From Opitutales bacterium (lineage in GTDB: Bacteria > Verrucomicrobiota > Verrucomicrobiia > Opitutales > Coraliomargaritaceae), in contig JBMYVL010000008.1 of the NCBI GenBank assembly GCA_049606355.1, positions 1 to 32,000 of the forward strand: DNA of 32,000 nucleotides, written 5' to 3'. The translations under genes and the position numbers were made by a program. The notes beneath the pieces are model-generated. The model was not told the origin of the DNA. It was given only the letters and a program-made list of their open reading frames with translations, and did not search any database. Positions 22,512 through 30,930 of this stretch are shown piece after piece. Positions within the stretch are counted from its first letter, which is position 1; each line of letters starts with the position of its first letter.

Positions 22512-23801
22512 ATGACCGAAGCTTTATCGAATTTCCTTATTCTGTGCGTGGCAGTGGTCACGGTGCTACTTCTGCATGCCTATTTGGTCATGTGTGAAAT
22601 CGGATTAGTGAAGATTCGCTATGGCGATTTTTCCACGGAAGTACTCGATCGGCTCAAAAAGCGACGCGGTGTGGCGGTTTTGATTGAGCAAGCGGATCAG
22701 ACCGGGCGAGTGGTGCGCTTCAGTAAAACGCTGTGTACGGTCGGTCTTGGCTTGTTGTTGGTGCCTTTGGTGGGCGACTGGTTTCGCCTCATCGATACCA
22801 CGGCGGTCCCCAATCGTTGGTGGTTGGTACTGATTTCCTTTTGTGTGGCGGTATCCGTCCATTTTTTCCTAGCGGAGATTTTGCCGCGAGGACTTGCGAT
22901 GAAGGACCCGATACAAAGTATCGTACGCTCCTATCGTGTGTTGCAGGTGTTTAAGTGCATCACTTATCCAGCACTCTTCCTGTTTCGTCGTTTCAAGGCG
23001 CTGCTCTTTCGGCGTTTCGGTCTGGAATTGGAGGATGAACTCAACCCATTGGACGTGGATGTGCAGATCCGCGCATTGGGAGAGGATAGCACTCACTTGA
23101 CTCCGGTGGCGCGGCGCATTGTGGACCGTGCCATTCAGATGCGTGACCTTGTGGTGCACGATGTATTGTTACCTCGCAATCAAGTCGTTGTTTACGATCT
23201 AAATGAAAGTTTGCCGACCAATTTAGGGCGTATGAAGCGAGCCGGGCATACCCGTTTCCCTCTGTGTCGGGATAATTTGGACGACTGTCTCGGTATTCTT
23301 CACATCAAAGATATCTTTCGCAGTACAGCAGCGGAGACCTTAATTGACCCGCTGGAAATGAAGCGTCCGATCGCCGTATTTGAACTCGAGACTCCCTTGG
23401 AAGAAGCCTTGCAGCGAATGTTGCGCGCCAAATTTCACATGGCTCTGGTGTCGGATCAATTCGGTGGGGTGTTGGGCGTGATCACACTCGAGGGGATCCT
23501 GGAGGAATTAGTGGGTGACATACAGGATGAGTTTGACAGTGAAGAAGCCCCCATCGTGGCACTTCGGTCGCCCGGCGTGTTTCGCATTTCGGGTTTGACG
23601 CCGCTCCATGAGCTGGAGGAGCAGTTTAATTTGCAAATCGACAACGATGAGGTTTCGACCTTTGGCGGGTTGATTACCGCTGAACTCGGTTGTATCCCAA
23701 AGCGAGGCGAGCGTTTATCTGCTTACGGATTGCAGATTGAAATTACCGATGTCGATGATCGCCGCATCATTTCAACATTGGTAACGACTACAGGCAATTG
23801 A
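22512..23801 (+). CDS. CNNM/CorC/HlyC-family transporter (DUF21, CBS pair, CorC_HlyC)
   Basis: 429 aa. The N-terminal membrane domain has 4 TM segments. A CBS pair lies around LPRNQVV...ILHIKD... The C-terminal CorC_HlyC domain reads ...ISGLTPLHELEEQF...FGGLI... Confidence 0.85.
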   Translation: MTEALSNFLILCVAVVTVLLLHAYLVMCEIGLVKIRYGDFSTEVLDRLKKRRGVAVLIEQADQTGRVVRFSKTLCTVGLGLLLVPLVGDWFRLIDTTAVPNRWWLVLISFCVAVSVHFFLAEILPRGLAMKDPIQSIVRSYRVLQVFKCITYPALFLFRRFKALLFRRFGLELEDELNPLDVDVQIRALGEDSTHLTPVARRIVDRAIQMRDLVVHDVLLPRNQVVVYDLNESLPTNLGRMKRAGHTRFPLCRDNLDDCLGILHIKDIFRSTAAETLIDPLEMKRPIAVFELETPLEEALQRMLRAKFHMALVSDQFGGVLGVITLEGILEELVGDIQDEFDSEEAPIVALRSPGVFRISGLTPLHELEEQFNLQIDNDEVSTFGGLITAELGCIPKRGERLSAYGLQIEITDVDDRRIISTLVTTTGN

Positions 23802-23830
23802 TGCGTCAATACGGCCGCGTCTCGCACTGC

Positions 23831-25498
23831 TTAGGACTGCAAGTCCGTGATTACTGTCGCGCGTTCACGTAGTTCAGCGTTCAGTTCGATGATCAGATTT
23901 TCACGGTTTGGCGTAAAGATAAAGCGATCACTTCCTAAGGTCTGATATGCTTGAGTAATCAAGTCGATTTCAGGTCGACGCATTTTAAGGAACTTTTTCA
24001 ACAGCTGGTTTAAGTTTTCGGAATGCCCCAACGTCAGTTCGACCCGAATTAGATCCGACAGTACTTTTTGGTTGTTGGGCGCCTTTTCATAAGCAGCTAC
24101 CAGAATTTTCTGCGCTAGTTGAAATGCTTCCATTTTGCTAAAGCGCCGAGCAATAGCCAAGTATTGGTTGGGCTGAATTTTTTCGCCCCCGAGAAAATCC
24201 TTCAAGTAGACGTCCCCGAGGTCGGGCCGGCTTAAGCCGTAGGATGCGATGGCTCGCAGGCTGCTAAAGATGGGCCAGTGAATCTCCAGCCAATCCGGCC
24301 GTTCGTTGAGCAGCTCTTCCGCAAATCGAAGGGCGCCAGCGTGATCGGTGGCGACAATGTGAGCCTCAATCAATAACAACGCAAAGCCATCGAGCTGAAA
24401 TTCCCCTTCGAGCGCGGCTTCATAAGTCCGCCGTGCAAGTTCGATATTACCTGTATCTGCGGCAAAGTTTGCCAGCGCTCGCAACGCATCTTGGTCGCTT
24501 CTGAATTGCCTTAGCATACGCTTGATCTCAGTCGCCTCGCGTTCGGTATCTCCAGATAGATTGTAGATATACAAAAGCTCAATGCGCGGCGCGGGGCTCA
24601 GGGGCGCAGCAACGTTTCTTAATGTAGCATAGCGGCGTGCTTCATCGATACGACCGAGTTCTCGGTTATAGCGACTTAGAGTCACCAATAAGCCTTCAGC
24701 CCCAGAGAATTTGTTGAGGGATACTTCGAGCTTGGATATTGCGGCAAGTTTATTGCCGCGTTCCCAACTTATCTGCGCGGAGAGTAAAAGCCCATCAAGG
24801 GCCTCGAGCAATTCGTAGTTGCGGATAAAATCGCTGGCGCGGTCGAAATTCCCACGCAAGGTACTTGCCTGTGCTGCCGCGAATGCAAGGAGTCGGTTAC
24901 GTTCATTAATCTCAACTTCAGTAGGCAGGTATTCGTTGGCGATATCCTGAACTTTATCGTCCAATTGATATTTAAGCAGTAAGGCGAGGGTACGCTTCAG
25001 GTAATCAATATCATCGGCACCCTGGCCCTCTGAGAGCCCCACCATCATGATGTCGATTGCGACATCATGCCGTTTGAGCGCGTATTCATAGAATTCGGCC
25101 AGAACTTTGCGACCTTCGAGATTGCCGGGAGAGCGAGTCACACCCAGTCGCAGCAGCCGCAGGGCATCGCGGTAGTTCCCTTCTTTTGTGAGCCTCAAGC
25201 CCTTCTCAACGTGATAATCGCCCATCTCCCGGCGATGCTCATCAAGACGAAAGGGCAAGGTTAGCATGCCGCTGTAACGCACCGCATCAAAATCCTTGTT
25301 GTTCTTAAACCAGAAATAAAGCGCTCCCGCAGCCGATAACCACATCACGGCGACCAGTCCGATAAGGCTAAGAAATAAGCGTCCCCAGCGGATGGATACC
25401 TGTAAGCTGCCGTCCGTACCCTTACGGGTGACTGCAAATCCAAACAAGATAACCTGCTCTTTGAGTGCCGGATTGGGCGGACTATCGAGTTGCTTCAT
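23831..25498 (-). CDS. Membrane-anchored tetratricopeptide-repeat protein, function unknown
   Basis: 555 aa. One TM segment (LFLSLIGLVAVMWLSAAGALYFWF) starts at about residue 42. Repeated helical A/L/Y/R patterns typical of TPR follow, e.g. GNYRDALRLLRLGV, IDEARRYATLRNV and IELARRTYEAALE. It is divergent from the export operon. Confidence 0.7.
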   Translation of the reverse strand: MKQLDSPPNPALKEQVILFGFAVTRKGTDGSLQVSIRWGRLFLSLIGLVAVMWLSAAGALYFWFKNNKDFDAVRYSGMLTLPFRLDEHRREMGDYHVEKGLRLTKEGNYRDALRLLRLGVTRSPGNLEGRKVLAEFYEYALKRHDVAIDIMMVGLSEGQGADDIDYLKRTLALLLKYQLDDKVQDIANEYLPTEVEINERNRLLAFAAAQASTLRGNFDRASDFIRNYELLEALDGLLLSAQISWERGNKLAAISKLEVSLNKFSGAEGLLVTLSRYNRELGRIDEARRYATLRNVAAPLSPAPRIELLYIYNLSGDTEREATEIKRMLRQFRSDQDALRALANFAADTGNIELARRTYEAALEGEFQLDGFALLLIEAHIVATDHAGALRFAEELLNERPDWLEIHWPIFSSLRAIASYGLSRPDLGDVYLKDFLGGEKIQPNQYLAIARRFSKMEAFQLAQKILVAAYEKAPNNQKVLSDLIRVELTLGHSENLNQLLKKFLKMRRPEIDLITQAYQTLGSDRFIFTPNRENLIIELNAELRERATVITDLQS

Positions 25499-25670
25499 GG
25501 ATCAAATACTCTTCAGCGATTTTTCTAGAGTCAACCGTCTTTAGCTTGAGTTCTAAGTTTTGCCAAAGTTGAGCTTGCTTTCAAGGGTGTAGATAAATCA
25601 TCATACCGCCGATTGTACGGTTCGGGAGGCAAATGTCTTTCGTAACCGAGTTTTTATTTCAATTACCGCC

Positions 25671-26828
25671 ATGAAACAGTCTGATATCTTAACGCTCGCA
25701 TTCATTGCCCAAACTTTCTTTCTACCTGCGGTCACACAGGCTTCAGCTTTTATCTCTATCGGGGATGGTACCGAGATCTACTTAAACAGCACTGCCAGCG
25801 TGCGTTCCAACTCGAACGTGTTTCGCCAAGCAAGCGACGAAGAGAGTGACGTGGTTGCGACCGTCTCACCTGGCTTTGAGCTGAATTCCGGGCGTGGGAC
25901 GGATCTCAACATCACGGTTCGTACGCGTTACGACATCGCGAGCTACGCGGACTTGAATGAACTGGATAACGAAGCATTTCACCTGAACGGACTGAGTAGC
26001 TATGCTACCGAGCGCTTGCAGTTGAGCGCGGATGCGAGTTTTGATGAGTACAATTCCACGTACATCAAAGACCTAGCGGGCAATGGTGATTTGCTACAAT
26101 TAGAGGTGGTGGCTGCTTCCGTACTGGGCGAGTACAAACTGACGCCCAAGTTTAGTTTTTCGGCTGGGGTGAACTACAAGGATACCGATTTCATCGGTGT
26201 TGCGGACCTTTTGGCGGCGGATACGGAACTCACGGTATTGCCCTTTAACCTCTACTACGAATTGACCCCGAAGCTCGACCTCAGTTTGGGCTATCGCTAT
26301 GCAGAAGCCGAATTTACAGCACGACCCGATGGTTTGGACCCGTATGAAAACGAGCAGCAATTTTTCAGTGTGGGCCTGCGCGGCGATTTGCGTGCCAAGC
26401 TAAAGGGGACACTTATGGTGGGTTACCGTGAGAATGAGAGCAGCGATACCAATCTCGATTCGGGGACACTTGGTGTGGATGGCGATTTGACCTGGTCGTT
26501 GACCCCCAAATTAACCAGTCAACTGGAGTTGAGTCGAGATTTTGGCGCGGGCGGTGACGGTACCACCACCCAAGAATCTTCGATTGCGATCAACAATAAT
26601 TACATGATCAACGAGAACTGGTCGGCACGTGCGAATCTCAAGTACTCGAATCGTGATTATGTTATTGATCGTGAAGACGATACTTACCTGGCGAGTTTAC
26701 GCTTAAACTATATTATGAACGTACACTGGAGCTTCAGTGGCGGCTACACTTATTCAGAGAACAATTCGACGGGACCTGCCGACTATACGGATCACGCCTT
26801 TGATCTTTCGGTGGCAGTGCGTTATTAA
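25671..26828 (+). CDS. Outer-membrane beta-barrel protein (polysaccharide-export associated, EpsL/GfcD-like role inferred)
   Basis: 385 aa. The signal peptide reads MKQSDILTLAFIAQTFFLPAVTQASA. Composition is rich in D/N/S/T/G/Y with alternating hydrophobic strands. The C-terminus is ...DLSVAVRY, with a terminal aromatic residue (beta-signal). It lies directly upstream of the OPX and PCP genes. Confidence 0.65.
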   Translation: MKQSDILTLAFIAQTFFLPAVTQASAFISIGDGTEIYLNSTASVRSNSNVFRQASDEESDVVATVSPGFELNSGRGTDLNITVRTRYDIASYADLNELDNEAFHLNGLSSYATERLQLSADASFDEYNSTYIKDLAGNGDLLQLEVVAASVLGEYKLTPKFSFSAGVNYKDTDFIGVADLLAADTELTVLPFNLYYELTPKLDLSLGYRYAEAEFTARPDGLDPYENEQQFFSVGLRGDLRAKLKGTLMVGYRENESSDTNLDSGTLGVDGDLTWSLTPKLTSQLELSRDFGAGGDGTTTQESSIAINNNYMINENWSARANLKYSNRDYVIDREDDTYLASLRLNYIMNVHWSFSGGYTYSENNSTGPADYTDHAFDLSVAVRY

Positions 26829-26860
26829 TCAACTGAACATTGGGCCGCTGTTGCGGTCAA

Positions 26861-26890
26861 AATGCCTGTAATTGCAGGCATTTTTAATTT
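26861..26890 (+). terminator. Terminator-like hairpin plus T-tract between the OMP and OPX genes
   Basis: AATGCCTG (26861-26868), loop TAATTG, CAGGCATT (26875-26882), then TTTAATTT running straight into ATG 26891. Confidence 0.45.
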
Positions 26891-27535
26891 ATGAAATCTC
26901 TTATTCTACCCCTGTGCGCATTGTGCGCATGTCTTGTATCGCCCCTAGTGGGACAGGATTCCAGCAACGCTGGGTCTGACTCATCCGGTACTGGTTATAC
27001 TTCGAGTGGTCGCTCTTCTGCTGGCGTTGGCATGGCGGTTGGGCAAAATTATATCTTGAAAGCTTCCGATGTGTTGCAAGTACAGGTCTATCAAGAGCCA
27101 GATCTTGCCAAAGAAGTACGGATTGAGGCGGATGGTACCATCGCCCTCGCATTGATCGGTAAAGTCAAAGTCGCTGGCATGACAGTGGCGGAATCACAGT
27201 CCCTCGTGACGAATTTGTATAACCGTGATTATTTGGTGGATCCACAGATCTCCGTTTTGGTGGTGTCTTTCGCACCGAAATATGTGCACGTTTTAGGAAT
27301 GGTGGGGACTCCTGGCAAAGTTATGATTGAGCCGGATCAAGACTTGTCGCTCATCGATGCGATTGCGCAGTGCCGAGGTGTCACCCGGCTTGGTAACGCC
27401 AAAAAAGTCAGAATCAAACGCACCGATGGCTCGAAGCCGTTTGATGTTAATTACGATGAAATTCGTCGTGGCGATGCCACCGATATCCTTCTTCAAGAAG
27501 GCGATACGATTACCGTACCAGAGCGTGTAATTTAA
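26891..27535 (+). CDS. Short Wza-like outer-membrane polysaccharide export (OPX) protein
   Basis: 214 aa. There is a signal peptide and a possible lipobox (LCAC). The Poly_export region reads YILKASDVLQVQVYQEPDL...DGTIALALIGKVKVAGMTVAESQ...LVDPQISV. One SLBB-like domain ends GDTITVPERVI. There is no C-terminal amphipathic pore helix. Confidence 0.85.
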   Translation: MKSLILPLCALCACLVSPLVGQDSSNAGSDSSGTGYTSSGRSSAGVGMAVGQNYILKASDVLQVQVYQEPDLAKEVRIEADGTIALALIGKVKVAGMTVAESQSLVTNLYNRDYLVDPQISVLVVSFAPKYVHVLGMVGTPGKVMIEPDQDLSLIDAIAQCRGVTRLGNAKKVRIKRTDGSKPFDVNYDEIRRGDATDILLQEGDTITVPERVI

Positions 27536-27553
27536 TCAGGAGATTTGTTTGAT

Positions 27554-29857
27554 ATGAGAAATGATTACGTCAGAGGGGCTCCCGATCCTAATTCAGGTGG
27601 TTATGCCGGTGGTGGTAGCTATGGTTATGGAAGTAGTTACGGAGGCGGCTATGCCGGTGCCGGTAATTATGGGTATGGGTCCTATGGTCAGAGCGGAGGC
27701 CAAGGCGGCTTCGGTGGCCCACAACGAGCCTTTAATGATTACCTGTTAATGCTGCGCGAGCGCATTTGGTATCTAATTGTCGCTTTTTTTATTATTTTTT
27801 CCGGATCGATTCTGTACACCTTTAACAAGACAAAGGTCTACACGGCTTATGCGAGTGTTCAGCTGCTGCGCGATGATCCATCCGCCATGCGTGATGAAAC
27901 TGATATGGAGCCCAATCAGATTCTCACGGCTGAAGATTTAAATACACAGATTAGTGTACTCGAGAGTCTCGCGATCATTCAGGCCGTTGAACAACGCCTT
28001 CAGGATGAGGAGCGCGCGCGTTTTATGGCACCTTTTGCCGACGCATTTAGTTTGAGTGGTCCATTGACCCCGACTGAGATGCTGGCGAAATACCGCAAAA
28101 TTATACCGCGGCGCATGAGCCTGATGGTCAATGTAGGGTTCTCGCATCCGGACCCAATCATCGCAGCACGTGTAGCGAACTTATTTGCGGACGAATTTAT
28201 CAATTACAACCTTACCAAATCGATCGACGGGGCCATGAAGGCGGTCGAAGATTTGCGTGTCCGTGCCGACCAGCAGCGTAAAAGAGTTGAAGAGCTTGAG
28301 CTTAAGCTTGCGGAGTATCGTGAGGAGCACAACGCGGTGTCTTTGGACCAGCAGGAGAATATTGCCAATGAGCAGCTTAAAACCCTGAACGCGATTAAGT
28401 CTCAAAGTAAATACGATTTCGATGCTCAGGAGACCAAATGGAATTTGATCGAAACCTATCGGCGTGATGGTAAGGAGTTGTGGGAGCTATCCTTTGTTGC
28501 CGACCAGCAACAGGTAGCGATGATGTTACAGCAAATTTCTGCGACCAAGATTGAAATTGCCTCTCTTGGGAAGCGTTATCGGGAAAAACATCCCGCTATG
28601 ATTGAATTGCTGCAGCGTCTGCAGGAATCCGAAGCCGAATTAACTGCGGCGGTGGCAAATTCTACCGATAAAGTTTTCGCGGCCTACATCGAAGCGAAAA
28701 GAAATTTCGAGGTTTCCAGTCAAAGGTTGGCCGAGAAGGAAAAAGAATTGATTGAGCTGAGTAAGACACGCGTCGATTACAGCAGTCTTTTTCGTGAGTT
28801 TGAGGTGCAACAAGGCTTCCTGCAGGCGATCGTCTCGCGCATGACGATGCAGAAGACCATGGTTAATTTGAAGAACCCCAATGCTCGCATTGTCGATGCA
28901 GCCCTTCCGCCACTAAGGCACTCTTCGCCGAATTTGGTCCTCAATCTTGCGGCAGGCGCTTTTGGCGGGCTCGCAGTTGGGATTGGCCTAGTTGTGGCCA
29001 TTGCTTTGTTGGATGACCGGGTAAAAAGTGCATTTGATATTGAAGGCACGATCGGCTTGCCACTCATGGGAGTTATTCCGCGGATTCAGAAGCTGGATTC
29101 CAGTGCGAAGGCGCAGGCGGTCGCTTCCAATGCGGATCGGCATGTCACTGAAACCTTCCGTTCGATTCATTCAGCGATTCGCCTCAATGACGAGAGTAAG
29201 AATGCAAAGGTCTTTTTGACGACGAGTACGGTGCCAAGTGAGGGTAAGTCTTTCGTCTGTACCAATTTAGCGCTTACATTTGCGAGTAATGGTGAGAAAA
29301 CACTGCTCATTGATAGTGACTTGCGACTTCCCAACATTGCCCGCTCTTTGCAGGTGAGCAATGACGAGGGTTTGCTGGATCATATTCAGAATGATGCCGA
29401 CTTGGACTCGGTTATCGTAAAAGAGGTTTACCCTAATTTTGATCTATTGCCCGCGGGTGGAAAATCCAAAAACCCGACCCAAGTTCTCAATAGCGAGAAG
29501 TACAAGTCCATGCTGTCGGACTTACGTGAAAAATATGATCGTATTATTCTTGATTCGCCGCCGCTGGCCGCAGTCAGTGATGCGCTCAATCTTTTGCCGG
29601 AAGTGGATGGGGTCGTTTACGTGATTAAGTTTAATACAGTTAAGCGTAAAACCGCAGTCATTAATGTGAGGCGCTTGTGGGAGTCGAACACGCCGGTATT
29701 TGGCTCGATCTTAAATAATGTGAGTGCCGTGCTATCGAGCTATTACTATTCGCACTATTCGAACAAAGAGTATCATGAATACTACATCGGCAACGATGAT
29801 GATTTTGCGGCCGAACCTGAAGGCGACGTAGAGCCGGAAGTGACTCGCGAGAGCTAA
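27554..29857 (+). CDS. Polysaccharide co-polymerase / tyrosine autokinase (Wzc/GumC-like PCP-2a)
   Basis: ATG 27554 lies 11 nt after AGGAG (27538-27542). The ORF-track TTG at 27545 is too close to it. The Wzz/GumC periplasmic coiled-coil region is flanked by 2 TM segments. Kinase motifs are Walker A SEGKSF, A' LLIDSDLRLP and B YDRIILDSPP. The C-terminal Tyr cluster is SSYYYSHYSNKEYHEYY. Confidence 0.9.
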   Translation: MRNDYVRGAPDPNSGGYAGGGSYGYGSSYGGGYAGAGNYGYGSYGQSGGQGGFGGPQRAFNDYLLMLRERIWYLIVAFFIIFSGSILYTFNKTKVYTAYASVQLLRDDPSAMRDETDMEPNQILTAEDLNTQISVLESLAIIQAVEQRLQDEERARFMAPFADAFSLSGPLTPTEMLAKYRKIIPRRMSLMVNVGFSHPDPIIAARVANLFADEFINYNLTKSIDGAMKAVEDLRVRADQQRKRVEELELKLAEYREEHNAVSLDQQENIANEQLKTLNAIKSQSKYDFDAQETKWNLIETYRRDGKELWELSFVADQQQVAMMLQQISATKIEIASLGKRYREKHPAMIELLQRLQESEAELTAAVANSTDKVFAAYIEAKRNFEVSSQRLAEKEKELIELSKTRVDYSSLFREFEVQQGFLQAIVSRMTMQKTMVNLKNPNARIVDAALPPLRHSSPNLVLNLAAGAFGGLAVGIGLVVAIALLDDRVKSAFDIEGTIGLPLMGVIPRIQKLDSSAKAQAVASNADRHVTETFRSIHSAIRLNDESKNAKVFLTTSTVPSEGKSFVCTNLALTFASNGEKTLLIDSDLRLPNIARSLQVSNDEGLLDHIQNDADLDSVIVKEVYPNFDLLPAGGKSKNPTQVLNSEKYKSMLSDLREKYDRIILDSPPLAAVSDALNLLPEVDGVVYVIKFNTVKRKTAVINVRRLWESNTPVFGSILNNVSAVLSSYYYSHYSNKEYHEYYIGNDDDFAAEPEGDVEPEVTRES
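27593..27721 (+). repeat. Gly/Ser/Tyr low-complexity coding repeat (N-terminal tail of the Wzc-like protein)
   Basis: Residues 14-56 read SGGYAGGGSYGYGSSYGGGYAGAGNYGYGSYGQSGGQGGFGGP. The DNA shows near-repeats (ggttatgccggtggtgg / ggctatgccggtgccgg). Confidence 0.85.
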
Positions 29858-29883
29858 GCAAAGCAGTATCGCCATTTTCACAA

Positions 29884-29912
29884 AGAGGTCCGTCAGCGCG
29901 GGCCTCTTTTTT
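29884..29912. terminator. Terminator between the convergent wzc-like and tsaC genes
   Basis: AGAGGTCCG (29884-29892), 6-nt loop, CGGGCCTCT (29899-29907, one G-T pair), then a T6 run on the plus strand. The minus-strand side has only TTTGTG. Confidence 0.75.
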
Positions 29913-29922
29913 GTGCACTTGG

Positions 29923-30906
29923 CTACTTCGCAGCAGCGCGTTGAAGTCGATCGTTGATCGCGCGGCCGAGTACTGGATCACTTGATAGCTGCACCCATAG
30001 CTCAGTGAATCCGCTGGTATCCAAACGCTGTAACAGTGCGTAGAGGTTGCGCGCACATTCCCGTGCATCACCGTCTTCAGATAACCAGTAGATCGAGTCG
30101 TCGCCGTCAACCAGATCTGGCTTTGATTGAAAAATGATGGCAGTTTGTCGACTCCCTTGCGCGCTGGGAGTGGCGCTCGCCCCAAATAGATGTACCTGTG
30201 CGGTTGGACTGTAGTGCTTTGCCAGTAAGCCCGGAGCTGTCTGCGCTCCCGTTTTATTTGCCTGGTGCGTTCCATCAATGACTGCCTGCCCTAAGCAGTC
30301 TTCGATCGCCTCGATATGGATCGGTCCATGGCGTAGGATTGTCGGTTTCGCGGAGTCGCGAATATCGAGAATAGTCGATTCGAGCCCATGCTGACATGGA
30401 CCGCCGTCAAGGACTGTTGCAACTTTATGCCCTAAGGTATTCCTGACATGCTCCGCGCAGGTCGGACTGACATAGCCAAATGGATTTGCGCTGGGTGCAG
30501 CCAGCGGAAAGTCTAATTGCTCCAGTAAGCTGCGGAAAATCTCATGATGAGGCACCCGCACCGCAACACTGTCTAAACCGGCAGTAACGATGGCTGGAAT
30601 GCTGGGCTTTTTCTTAACGATGAGGGTCATTGGCCCGGGCCAGAACGCCGTGGCGAGTGGCTCGAAGTTAAGGGGCGCTTCAATATGTTCGAGGGCAGCT
30701 GCTGGATGTGCGCAGTGAACGATGAGAGGGTCGATGAGTGGTCGACCTTTGATTGAAAAAATTTTGCGGGCACTGCTTTCGCTGAGCGCATTTCCGGCGA
30801 GTCCATATACGGTTTCGGTGGGTACGCCGATCACCTCACCTTCACTCAATCGTCGTGCGCAGTCGCGGAGATGTTCCTGCGTCGGTTTCAATAGAGTGCA
30901 TTTCAT
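29923..30906 (-). CDS. tsaC: L-threonylcarbamoyladenylate synthase (Sua5/YrdC type, with Sua5 C-terminal domain)
   Basis: 327 aa. The YrdC motifs are GEVIGVPTETVYGLAGNA and later SANPFGYVSPT. The C-terminal extension is of Sua5 length. Confidence 0.9.
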   Translation of the reverse strand: MKCTLLKPTQEHLRDCARRLSEGEVIGVPTETVYGLAGNALSESSARKIFSIKGRPLIDPLIVHCAHPAAALEHIEAPLNFEPLATAFWPGPMTLIVKKKPSIPAIVTAGLDSVAVRVPHHEIFRSLLEQLDFPLAAPSANPFGYVSPTCAEHVRNTLGHKVATVLDGGPCQHGLESTILDIRDSAKPTILRHGPIHIEAIEDCLGQAVIDGTHQANKTGAQTAPGLLAKHYSPTAQVHLFGASATPSAQGSRQTAIIFQSKPDLVDGDDSIYWLSEDGDARECARNLYALLQRLDTSGFTELWVQLSSDPVLGRAINDRLQRAAAK

Positions 30907-30930
30907 AGTTGGAAGCTTAGGGAGTGGGTA

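Noticed and set aside
25499-25670. I searched the export-operon/TPR divergent spacer for sigma54 (-24/-12) or clear sigma70 promoter elements.
   Set aside because: Only weak matches are present (TTGAGC...TAGATA/ATAAAT with ambiguous spacing) and there is no TGGCAC-N5-TTGC. That is not strong enough to annotate.
27561-27749. 62-aa alternative-frame ORF (MITSEGLPILIQVVMPVVVAMV...) overlapping the wzc 5' end.
   Set aside because: It is a by-product of the GGN/TAY codon repeat in the main frame. It has no independent start context, and the main frame has an AGGAG Shine-Dalgarno sequence at the correct spacing.
29661-30278. 205-aa minus-strand ORF spanning the wzc 3' end, the terminator and the tsaC 3' end.
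   Set aside because: It crosses a strong terminator and two well-supported genes, it is Arg/Ser-rich, and it has no motifs.
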